Positions 51,501-64,000 of a stretch of DNA of 64,000 nt are shown in pieces. The stretch comes from Octopus sinensis (taxonomy: Eukaryota), in NCBI RefSeq assembly GCF_006345805.1, contig NC_043004.1:67580001-67644000 (forward strand). Direction: 5' to 3'. Numbering within the stretch: position 1 is the first letter of the stretch; each line of letters opens with the position of its first letter. The translations under genes and the position numbers were made by a program. Under the pieces are notes generated by a model, which worked only from the letters and a program-made list of their open reading frames with translations, did no database searches and had not been told where the DNA came from.

Positions 51501-52134
51501 GCGTCATTTACTATTTTATGCATTGTATTATTGTTGATTTTTAAACCACGTTTGTATCTGATCAAGTATAACCACAATCAGCAGAACGTCCCTTATTAGG
51601 CGTGCTACCTGTTTCTATTTTTTTGGGGGGGAGCGGCTGTGATTTTCTGGTAACTTTTCTCTTACTTCAAATGAAGTCAGCCGTATCAAGACAATTTAAT
51701 AGAATTATATTTTATGGTGATCTTCGCCGTGTCCGAAACCTAGCTATACTAATTTAGTGCAGAAAAGGGACAGAGAGATATTTTCCAAAATATATCTAAA
51801 AGCAATACTGAAATTAATTGAACCTTCTACATTTATAGAGATTCTTCTACTGGAAGTCTACAATGATGGAGCTTGTAGCAAAATGTGTTTACTATTTTGG
51901 ATATAATGCTCAAATCAGTTTATAAGATAATAAACTGCTCCCATCGCCTATGTATGAATGCAATGGTTAAAAAGAGCAACACATCTAAAATACTTACTGT
52001 TTACAACACAATGCAAACTTTATATACATTTATGTATATATATGTCTGTGTGTGTGTGTGTGTGTGTGCAATATATCAATGTATGCAAATATGGACGCAT
52101 ACTTGTAACTTACAAACTAGGCTAGCCACTGCGT

Positions 52135-52455
52135 GAGGGTGGATGGCTTTCTGGTTAGAACGTTGGGCCCTCAATCATACAGTAATGTGTTTTATATCCG
52201 GACCGGAATCTGTGTTGTGCTCGTGAACAATACACTATAACTCACGTTGCTACAGTTCTATTTGACCGTAGAAATGAGCTGCAATGTAACTGGTACCAAG
52301 ATGTATCGGCATTTTTTTACTTTCACTTGGCTAACGTTTGGCGTGGGGTGAGGAAACTGGTAAACATGAGTGACTGCTGGTTTTCCATACACAACTTTGC
52401 CGAGAATTGTGCCACGGAGGGGAATTTTCTTGCTGCAATTCCATGGTCATTCATG
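52135..52455 (+). mobile_element. Probable third tRNA-derived SINE family, degenerate
   Basis: Head-like ggatggctttctggttagaacgttgg..ccggaccgg followed by tgtgttgtgctcgtgaacaatacact. Confidence 0.45.
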
Positions 52456-52901
52456 GTTTTTACGTATTACCATAACCAATGCGTATCGTTCTAGTTTGTG
52501 CATGATTACAATAGCGATTGTTTAAAAGACGTCTTCACGTCTGAATGATTGAGGGTGAACAGTGTATAAATAATACTTAAAGCGCGGTGAAAAAGGCAAT
52601 TACATATTCCATGATTGACAAGGCTATATATTTTACATATTTTACATTTTTAAGAATATTAATTTTACTTGAATCCCTATATGTATGTCAATGTCATAGT
52701 AACAAATGTGCTAATATAAATATATCTATATCAAATATGCTAATATTAATGTACTAATGAGGTAATATTATATCTATATTAAATACGTCTAATAATTTTG
52801 TAAACATAAATATATCTGTATGCACACGCTAGCATCTGTGTATTTGAACTGCTCATTAATGCAAAAAAAAAACTGTAGTGTTTGTTATCAAAACTGTTTT
52901 A

Positions 52902-52971
<70 letters not shown>

Positions 52972-53868
52972 TGGCGTTTTGTATTTCGCAACATACTTCC
53001 GTATTTCTTATTCATGTATAACATAGACCGTATATATTTTGTCTGAAGATCAGAAATGTGATACGTGTGTATGCATATGCGTATGCGTGTGTGTCAATCT
53101 ATGTGTACGTGCACGTGTACGTTTGTCTATGTGTGCATATACATACATGTATTCATATATACATATAAATACACATATACTAGTATACAATTATTTGTAT
53201 ATATATGCATGCACACAAACACACACACATAATCACAAACACAAACACACCTATATATACTGAGAGAGAGAGTGAGAGAGAGAGAGAGAGATAAAGAAGA
53301 TAGATTTAATGTATGTGTATGCCTGATAGAATATATCAATTTATATGTTTATATATTTATATGTATGCCACATTTGTTACACTTACGAAGTTTCATTGGA
53401 TGAATTTCCCGTAGACATTTTAAACTCACACATGTTAAATGGTGATGCTGTTGGTGATAACATTGAGAGCAATCTTAATAGTTTTATATGGTAGTTAATA
53501 CCAGCCGCCATTGGATATACATATCATATCATGCTCAATATCTTTGATATATCGCCAATGATATTTATGAGATCTAGTTCAATTAAACTACTGTATCACA
53601 AACTTCATCAAGTTACAAATCATATTCGATATATTTTCTTTTTATTCTAAAATTGTTTTCCATATGCGTATGAGTGGTAAAATGTCTGTATCTGTTGTAG
53701 GTTCGTCTGATAAACATGAATATTATATGTTTGAATGTGGCTATGCCGTGTTACAGAAGTTTAATTTACATATGTTGAACGTATGTTAGCAGTGTTTCAA
53801 ACGGAGGCATGTATGTGTAAAACATGTTCGCATATAGGTGTGTGTGTGTATGTGTGTGTTTATGTGTT

Positions 53869-53929
<61 letters not shown>

Positions 53930-54138
53930 GCATGTATGTATTTATGTATGTATGTATAGACATTTATAATACATGCATTATGCGTCATGTGTGGATACAC
54001 ACGATAAAATATACATGTGTATGAGTTGCTAGTACATACATATATCTTTATAATATTTATGCTTCATTTTCTCTAACGCACGCGCATTCTCAACTTCCAT
54101 ACTATGTGTATGTCTACACACACATACACACATGTATA

Positions 54139-54236
<98 letters not shown>

Positions 54237-54293
54237 GCATGTGTGTATAGAGAAATAGATATTCGTGTGTATATATATGTATATATATATATA

Positions 54294-54340
<47 letters not shown>

Positions 54341-55033
54341 TATATGTATTTGTATGTATGTTTGTTTGTATGCATATACCCGCTCATACACACTCATACA
54401 AATACACATGCACCCACATAGTCGCGTATATGCACTCATTGAAATACATATTGTTTTCATTATAATTGAATTCTAGGCATATTTCATATGTGGAAATACA
54501 CGGACGCAAGAACACACACAGAACTACATACGCATATCAACACACATACCCAAACACAGATACACACATATCACTTACACATACACAATTGCACATGTAT
54601 AGAAATCCTCGGACGAAGTTGTATTTGATTTTCATACTAATACGTGTCTATATGCGTGACTTCAGTAATTCTATATTCATACGTACTTATATACACACGT
54701 TCATATGCGCATATAAACATTGTATACAATTCCATTACAGCACAATAGATGGAAACTAATAGCAAGTACTTTTATCTACGCTAGATTAATTTTCAAGTTT
54801 AGATTACAGCAGCGTGGTCGTGTATCTTTTATTCAATGATCCTTGTAGCATTTAATAGAACGCTAGTGTTAATCTTTCATGATTCATACTGTATTACTGT
54901 GTCAATATCTTATTCACTGGGTTTTGCTTCCTTAATATATTATCCATTGGATATCCAACGCTTTCAGATTCTAGATTGATGATTATATACATACATACAT
55001 ACATACATAAATACATACACACACACACACACA

Positions 55034-55080
<47 letters not shown>

Positions 55081-55232
55081 TATATGTCTATATATATACA
55101 TACACATATATATGTGTGTGTATATGTATGTATGTCTATATGTTCCAATATTCTGTATTTATATGCATATGTAACTGCATATCCTACATATGTATGTAAA
55201 AGCACACACTGATATGGGTGAGTGCATGCATG

Positions 55233-55280
<48 letters not shown>

Positions 55281-55283
<3 letters not shown>

Positions 55284-56149
55284 GGTGGGGGAAAAGTAGT
55301 TAGGCATTAAACATTGGTAATAAAATACATATTCCTTTTTCAAATTTATTGAAACAAATGATGTTCTTTATTAGATGCGAAAGTAAATTTTCATATTCCA
55401 GCGTAAGCGCAGGTGGCCTCAACAAGTTTCCTCAAACAGGATGAAATTAACAAACTTATGATGGAATTCGTCTGGGATATCATTCTGAACCTCCTGAAAC
55501 CGTGTCTCGAAGTCCTCCTGTATGTGAAGTTTTGTCTTGTACACATCCTCTTTCGTGTAACCCCAACACGTACAAATCACTTGGAATGAGATCTGGACAT
55601 CTGGACTTGTGCGGTCACACTCATCAGGCTTTAGATCCTTTCACGTAATGGGGTTTCCAGGGACGAAAATTCAATTTTTATGCATTAGCGTGCGTATTGT
55701 GAGTCTTGTTAGTTCACTTTCAAGAGCTGCTTCACGTTGATTTTTGCGGACTGCGATTAAACATTTCCTGCACTGTTTCCACGCTCCGCACTGATCGCGA
55801 TGTGTTTGGATGGCCAATTCTTGCATCGTTTACAGAGTCCGTGGTCATCAGCTTTTCATGAAAACTTTTTTTATTATCACCGGACGTAGTGTTGCATGCT
55901 TACCTTTCCATGCACGCCACCACCTCTGAAACGAAACAATGGAATTCCACACATCACAGTGTGCTGCTATCTTAGATCACTCCTGAACAGTCAAGCGACC
56001 GGCCATCTGGAAAATAAAATATAAGAAATGCGACAAGAAAATAAGAAATCCCATTAATGTTGTATGTTTAAAAAATGATTTCGTCATGACTTCAGTGATA
56101 CTAAAAATTCTATATGGAATTTCTAATGCCTTGTTAGTTTCCACCCACC

Positions 56150-56152
<3 letters not shown>
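55281..56152 (-). mobile_element. Tc1/mariner superfamily element (maT/rosa-like by inference), internally deleted
   Basis: TA-flanked imperfect TIRs (21/29); N-terminus MAGRLTVQE..VETVQEMFNRSPQKST and a C-terminal SRCPDLIPSD (RSPDL-like) motif. The DD(x)D region is not readable, so the subfamily is uncertain. Confidence 0.8.
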
Positions 56153-56184
<32 letters not shown>

Positions 56185-56953
56185 TGTCTGTCTGTATGTA
56201 TGTATTGTAACAGAAGAGGACGAATTTCAAGTATCCCCACGTGGTCAGTTATAATATATATATAAGAAATTTAAAAAAGTAAAATACACACATTTTACAT
56301 TGTTTTAATACAATCTTTAATACATCGACCGGTTTCACTTTCGCTATTCATGATATTAAGAAATTTTTATGCATGTTAGCTTCTTAGCTTTCCCTTCCTT
56401 TTACATGTCCGGTCCCCGCCATGCATTGAAGATGTTCCCTTCTTACATAATGACAAATAAATGTAGCTTATTAACTTATTGCTCTGTAAGACCTAGCATG
56501 TTAGTCACATGTGTGTGTGTGTGTGTGTGTGTGTTCGTGTTGTACGTGTTTGTGTGTTCAGCTGCCTGGCAGCTAAGCGCGTTCTTTTTCTGTTATAACC
56601 CCTGGACGACCAACGGCTTGTGATTGGAATTGTAAGACAAAAAACAAATGATGCCTAACATTATGTACGTCTGGAGAGGGGGGTTCGTGCATGTGTGTAT
56701 GCGCGCGTGAGTGAGTGTATTTATGTATGCATAGATGTCGCATTGAGCATGTCACATATCGACTGAAAATCATAATAATTTCTCCACTTTTCCAAAACAT
56801 TTTATCTTGTAGCGACGCCAAGTAGAGATCACGCCATGAAAGAATGTACACTAGCGTCTTTATTCTTATGCTGTAGCCACACGCTCCTCCTATGGAACTT
56901 ATCGAAATTCTTTGGTTTACATTATCGTGGCTGTCATTAACCTTTCTCTCGTG

Positions 56954-57016
<63 letters not shown>

Positions 57017-57104
57017 TGTGTGTGTGTGTGTGTTTTTGTATTCAGTATTAAATAGAAAGGCAACAAACGGAAACAGACTGGAGCGATAGAAAATAATATA
57101 TAAT

Positions 57105-58285
57105 ATATGATTAAAAAACAACAGCTAAACGAGTCAGCTGTAGACGTGATATACGTCGACCTTGCCAAGGCCTTCGACATGATTGATCACGACATGATAT
57201 GTAACAAACGGCAAAACCTTGGTATTACCGGGAAACTTGGAGAGTGTTTGCATGATTTTCTAAAGGGCAAGAGTCAAACAGCTCTAGCCAATGGAGCTCA
57301 CAGCGGAGTTCTACAGGGAACTGAACTGGGGCCACTACTATTTGTGGTGACTCTCTCAGACATGCCCTCGCAGTACAGTCAGCCAATCTTAAAGGTTATG
57401 CTGACCACACAAGTATCACAGGCAGTTAGAAACCCAAAGAACATCATAAAACTGTAGAAATAACTGAATGAAATAAACAACTGACCTAACAAAAATAACA
57501 TGCAGTTCAATTCTATGAGCAACAACAGGCTAAATTCGGAATACCCTGGAGCAGAAGGTAATACGATTCCAGAGTCACAGTCGGCGCTTGACCTGGGGGT
57601 TCACTTGAGCAATGAAGCAACATTCCCTGTGGTTGAATGGATTCTGAGGACATTCAGAACCAGGAAAAGAGAGGTCCTGCTATTATAGAGGACTTTTGTT
57701 CACATTCGCTTGGACAACTACTCCCAACTAAGGTCTCCACAGAATGTGAAACAGGCTGTGGAACTCGAAGCAATCCAGTGCCAATACACAAAGAATATTG
57801 ACTCGATGCAAAAGATGGGATACTACGAGAGGATAAAAGGAGCTGAGTCCCTATTTCCTGGAGGGAAGACGAGGGAGTTATGCTGTGATATATATTCGGA
57901 TGATCTTGGAGGTTTTCGGCCCAAATTTTGAATTGTCAGCTATACCAATCCTCGAACTGGATGGCACTGCACCATACCAAAGATCCCGTCTACCCCATCT
58001 AAAATAAGGACACAGTGCTTCAATAGACTGGGTTTCAAGGGACCGCAATTTTTCACCATCCAGCCAGGCAACCTTGGAGATCTAGAAATTTGAAAGGAAC
58101 CTCTAGACATGTTTCTATCTGAGATATCAGATGAACCCACAGCGCGGCAGGAGACGCAAAGAGCAGCTCCGTCCAACTCGCTACATCACCAAAGACAATA
58201 CCGGAAACGAAACTGAGTATCTACAGGTGGAGCAGCGGCATGACCTCCGTCCCTGGCTGAAACCAGTGAAAGATAAAAGATAAAA
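57105..58285 (+). mobile_element. Older CR1/L2-type LINE remnant, same family as 31538-32254
   Basis: VDVIYVDLAKAFDMIDH, GVLQGTELGPLLF, WILRTFRTRKRE, LDNYSQL and LGFKGPQFF; tail (GATAAAA)n. Confidence 0.9.
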
Positions 58286-58621
58286 TATATATATCACTAC
58301 TGGTGATATTTATGACGAATATTCGCTACGCTATATATGTATCTTATGAATATATTCTTAGCATTCTCGAAGATTCGGCTCAGCTTTGTATTTATTGCCC
58401 GCACGCAGAGTTTTGAAAATCTATAACATATAATGACGGGACACGTGTTCTTTTCTCTGAATTATAAGTTAGTTATTGACGCCGGTTACTAATGAGAATT
58501 GTGTTTAAATGTACACTATTTTAATATATATATATATATACACACATATATACCCATACATACATGTGCAGGTTTTTCTATGCATGTGCACGTGTGTGTA
58601 TACAGTTTTGTATGCAGATAC

Positions 58622-58713
58622 CTCATAACCGTAAATGTTATCCCTGTCTCACAGAGAGTTGTGACTGCTGCATTCTCTCTTCGAAATTGTGTTCCGTACA
58701 AGATTACAGGGAT
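58622..58713 (-). CDS. Candidate 92-nt exon (phase 0 to 2)
   Basis: Acceptor ggtttcatcatatcag|, donor GAG|gtatct; the only open frame is IPVILYGTQFRRENAAVTTLCETGITFTVM(R/S). Confidence 0.3.
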
Positions 58714-59306
58714 CTGATATGATGAAACCAAAATGTATTGCAGATACGAATTTTAGATACTTGCTACTTATACTTAAGTGGATTGGAACTCGTACATTGA
58801 AACCCATAATGCACATCCTATAGGAAGCTCAAATCCATAACCACATGTAATCTATTATAGAGAGTACACGCTATGTTTTTATAGTCAAAGATATATAAAA
58901 TAAAATGACAGCAGACATTTGGCTGGAATTCCACAAAACATAGTTGAGTTCTACAAAAATTAATTCGAGTGAAGCAATCATAATAACAGCTGCAGCAGCA
59001 GGAACAACAACAGCAACAATTAAAAGCACCAACAACAAAAACAGCGTGGTAATACCAACTACAGAAATATAAATGTCGGTATAAATTATGCTTACACTCC
59101 AACCAGTAGAACAATGAAAAATATACAAGAAGTTTATACTGTACCGAAACCCTTCTGGACAGTTAAAAAATGCATAAAACACCACAACGTACTCGCACGT
59201 TGACATGCGATCCACTTTCCCAGTAGAAATAATTTTTTGCAAGTCAATAACAGCACCCTCAAATCCAATATTCTTAAGACTCCATGACAGCAGTTACACA
59301 TCGTGC

Positions 59307-59510
<204 letters not shown>

Positions 59511-59614
59511 TGCAATTGTTATATATTTGTCTGTATGTTGTTTTTCCCCATTTATAATTTTGTAGTATTTATACCTAATATATATGTGCGTGCATATATA
59601 CATGTTTACGAATG

Positions 59615-59650
<36 letters not shown>

Positions 59651-60219
59651 AGTGCAGAACACTATCTCTTCTCCTTGTCTCTTTTCTTCATACATATATG
59701 TATATGCATTTATATATCTGCAGGTGTATATGTCTTTGACAGACATGGGGGTGCATTAGTGTATGTACCTATATGACTCATTTGTATATCCGGGTACGTA
59801 TGTGTATGTGCGTATATCTGCTTATGCGTATGTTTAGGAGCATAATGATGCGTGCGTTTTTGCGTATGTGTTTTTTACTTGTATATACGTTTTCCACATA
59901 TGTATATGTATGTGCGTATAAACTACATTTTGTATATCTGCGTAAGTATGTGTGTGTGCGTGTAGATATGTGTACATGAGCGTACTGATGCGTGCATGTG
60001 TATATATGCGTGTGAATGTGCGCGTATGCGTAGACATATATGTCTGTTTGTATGTATATGTACATGCGTGGGTGAGTATGTATATAGATACATGTACACA
60101 CATGTGTGTGTGTGTATGCGTGTGTATATGTGTGCATATGCGAATTCTACGTATGAAGTATTACTTTCCCCACGCCCATTGGAATAATTTTCTTTTATTC
60201 AACGGTGTTTTCATTGCAT

Positions 60220-60293
60220 TTGTCTTAATAACTGATGAGATGCCGGAGCAGACTTCAGCCCGGGATCCGGAACTCTGAGTTTTACTATGACAA
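60220..60293 (+). ncRNA. Degenerate type I hammerhead, long-stem-II family
   Basis: CTGATGA-GATGCCGG..CCGGGATC-C-GGAA-CT(CTG)AG-T-T; 12-position stem I ttgtcttaataa/ttactatgacaa with 2 mismatches. Confidence 0.55.
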
Positions 60294-60308
60294 CCAATTA
60301 ATTGTCAC

Positions 60309-60368
<60 letters not shown>

Positions 60369-60384
60369 AATATATACATGTATA

Positions 60385-60430
<46 letters not shown>

Positions 60431-60591
60431 AATATATACATGTATATATATGTATGTATATATATATATATATTATATATATATATATATATACATACAT
60501 ATATATATGTATGTAAATATATATATAAGTATATATAATATATATATATATATTTACACACACACACATATATATATGTATATATGTATGT

Positions 60592-60643
<52 letters not shown>

Positions 60644-61354
60644 CATATACATATTGGTGTAGTCTTTTTTGTATTTAGTTGTATTGTGTTGACAGACTTG
60701 CACTTAAGATCGCCGTGTTTGTAATAAAACCTGGTTAGTTAATATAATGAGAACGCTACCCATCTACACGTCTATTTATCTTTCATCCACACCCTCCACT
60801 TTATTTCTCACTCACAAAGAATTCCTCCTGCTGTTCTTCTATTGAAATGGAGGTCTGTTTTTAAATTATGTATTTTATTGTCTGTATGTTGGAAGAAACA
60901 TAAAAACACATGCATCCCCACAGAAACAAATGAAAAATACCGACACCCACTATAAATATATATACAAGTACACATAATCTTTTTTATGTATGTTGCGTTC
61001 TGTTGATTGCTTTTCACGTAAAATTCAGTGACTAGAATGGCAGCACTCACTACCTACTTATCTTCTTACCTACCTACCTTCCTACATTCTTGCCTACCTA
61101 ACTGCCTATCTTTCACACATATTCACACACACTCTCTCTCTCTCTCTCTACCTCTTTCTCTCTCTCTTTCTCTGCCACTCTGTCACTCATTTACACTGTA
61201 TTTCTCTCTTAATGACAACTTTTTCTTCCCGTCTTCAAAAATACATTTTGTCGTATATCTTGATTCCTCCCCATCATTCCATCTCTTTAATAAATTTTGT
61301 GACGGACAGACAGACGGAGAACCGCTTCTCTTTTATAACATCAGCTTTTAGTTT

Positions 61355-61510
61355 CATCAAAGGTGGTTTGTTGGCATTTCGTTCGGCCTTAAGTTTTGAG
61401 TTCAAATTCAGGCGAGGTCGTCTTTGCTTTCGTTTTCGGTGAACGATAACGTAAGTACCACATGTAACCTAGGTCGATGTAATTGACTTAGAAGTATTTG
61501 CCATACCTAC
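61355..61510 (+). mobile_element. SINE family B, degenerate
   Basis: ggcatttcgttcgg..tgagttcaaattcaggcgaggtcg..taagtacca. Confidence 0.75.
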
Positions 61511-61607
61511 AGGTCTTCTGCCTACAGTATAAAGGGTTCTTATTTATTATAATTGGTATAATTATTTTCACGATTTTCTAGTACTATACCTACACACACG
61601 CACACAG

Positions 61608-61654
<47 letters not shown>

Positions 61655-62039
61655 ATATATATATATATATTATATATATATATATATATATATGTATCTG
61701 AGAATATGATTAGAGGTGTCTTTTAGGGATAATTTTTATTTTAGTGATAATGTTTACAAGGAGAGACTTAGATTATGAATTTCGAGCTCCAAATAGCTGT
61801 TTTTTTTAAATATATGTTTTATTAGTTGCTTAAATAGAAATAACTTTTCTTACAGGTATACACACAGAACAAATACACACAAAGAAGCGAAAATACATAA
61901 ATATACTAGAATATGTGTGTAGAAGTGTGTGCATGCATGTACATGAGTTTCTGCGATAAGAGTGCTTGATGCAGTAACCAAGTGCATAAGTTGCTGCAAT
62001 TCCATGCAATTCCATTCCTGAAGTAACATCTCGATCAGG

Positions 62040-62523
62040 CTGTTGCAGCAATTGTTATAATGCAAACCACTGACTATAAATCCGTCAATAGGAATGACGC
62101 GAAGCAAGTTGATCAGGACAGAGACCATTTTATTAAAGGGAGAATGTCTGAGAAAGGATATAGGATGTTTATAAAGCGTGTTTGTTTGTGGTTTAATGAT
62201 GCCTTTCGGGCCATTTCATCTGAATATGGTTCAGAACGTTTCTATATACATCGGCGTTACCGATCCACATCTGGGAGGGTTAGGCCATTTATCATCTAAG
62301 CTTAATTGAATATCAGGGTTTATCAACTAAGCTGAATGGCTGAATGGAGTGGGTCTTCATAATAGAATCCTACATGTGTTATAAACTTTCGCCAGGTATG
62401 TTTCACGGTCATATTGAGGTCTAACATTCGGAGTGCTTCCAATGGTTCTTGTAATATGTTGGTCAGTTCTGCGACAGTTGTTCCCTTGCTGAGTACTGCT
62501 TCTGTATTTGCTGATGAAGACAT
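62040..62523 (-). pseudogene. Possible LINE ORF1 (L1/Tx1-like RRM region) remnant
   Basis: Frameshifted pieces GLTLPDVDR / DVYRNVLNHIQMKW / LLRVIPIDGFIVSGLHYNN resemble LINE ORF1 proteins. By-eye similarity only. Confidence 0.3.
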
Positions 62524-63013
62524 GGGTTGAGCTTACATTCATGGGTAGACAGTTTCCAGGTTTCCATTCAATGCGTTTCTGTAGTATTGGCGTTCGAAGG
62601 GTGTTTTATTTGCATGTCCCTGTCTTGGTTGCATGTGCAAATTTGGCTAACACTTGGAACGAATAATGAGAAAAGCAGCAAGAAATTAGAAGTTGAACAA
62701 AGGCAATATTAACGAGTTGATAATAGTGTTTAATGAATAGAACGGGATAGAAACCAAAACCGAAGGTGCTCTAGCAAACAGGGGTTGGAAAAGGAAAGTC
62801 TAGGACCACACATGCGATGGTAGTATTTGTTATACTTTCACTTTCAGAGCGTAAATTCTACACGTAACTTGCAACTTCTGTTGTATTTGTCACTCATAAA
62901 GAACTATGATATTTTTATGGATAATGCCTTTGTTACTCATTAAATATAAGAATATAATCTTATTATCAAATTTGGTCAAACTAGGAATGTTGTTTTCTGT
63001 TAATCTTTCCCAC

Positions 63014-63251
<238 letters not shown>

Positions 63252-64000
63252 GGATGGATAATGTTTGCAAATATTTCTCGGGAGATATACTATGTGTGAG
63301 TGTTCTTATAAGTATGTAGTAGGCATGTAGGAATGTAGTTTAACATGCGGCTGTTTGTGCCTAATTCACTTGTTTGATTTATAGAACATTATAAAGTACT
63401 GCAATCGTTTATGTAAATATATGCGCACATCTAATTTTATAATATTATGATGACGATTTGAAAAAATTGAACTGTTATATTTTGGACAATCGATCATGAA
63501 GTGGTCACTCCACCTGCTAGAAATACAACCTTTATCATATGTTAGCGACTGATTTACTACCACCTATTTCGCTTCGAGTTACATTTACTTCTTCATGTCT
63601 GCTTTTACCCAGACCTTACTATCGTTCCCTATTTATATCTGCTTATACCACAAACTAAATGCCTCACATATTTCAATTTGTGTGAGGGAGAAATTAACAT
63701 CTGATATTTTTCAGTTATATTTTACAGTTGTTTTTGACAGTTTTCAATTTATTGTTCTCATATTCTTCTTAGGACATTCTTATAAATTTCTTCCTTATAT
63801 TTTTTTATCACTTCACGTTACTTTCACTTTTTTCCCATCTTTATATTTATTCTGTATTTATTAATTTATTTCATATATTTGATATGTTTGATATTCTTTT
63901 CTTCCTGTTTTATTTCATCATTCATGAGGAACTTGTTATTCTATGTTTTCGTTTCGTATTTAACTTTCGCTTAGCCAAAGTGGAATTCCATAAATTGTCT

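Overview
AT-rich, microsatellite-laden eukaryotic DNA that is mostly transposon-derived. The tRNA-derived SINE families and repeat style match what I recall of octopus (coleoid cephalopod) genomes; this is an inference, not a database result. Nearly all ORFs in the supplied track are microsatellite read-throughs. Identifiable elements: a near-full-length GIY-YIG Penelope-like element (PLE, 12925-18658, minus) flanked by two ~1.35-kb pseudo-LTRs; a head-to-head pair of old PLE copies (47800-50240); short solo PLE termini; RTE, Tx1 and two CR1/L2-type LINE remnants; Tc1, mariner and maT-like DNA transposons; a MITE; and many SINEs. No host gene could be named. Four short minus-strand segments have splice-site-like flanks and an open frame and may be exons of a long-intron gene or lncRNA. 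The most notable signal is a high density of hammerhead-ribozyme (HHR)-like motifs (8 complete or degenerate, plus one cut by the window edge) in at least three structural types: minimal PLE HHRs with a non-canonical CUGU(U/A)GA core, a long-stem-II type with stem I covariation, and one with an extra hairpin at the core junction. Other points of interest: a pre-miRNA-like hairpin, recurrent fold-back palindromes next to (TA)n tracts, and a SINE/LINE pair sharing a covarying 3' stem-loop.
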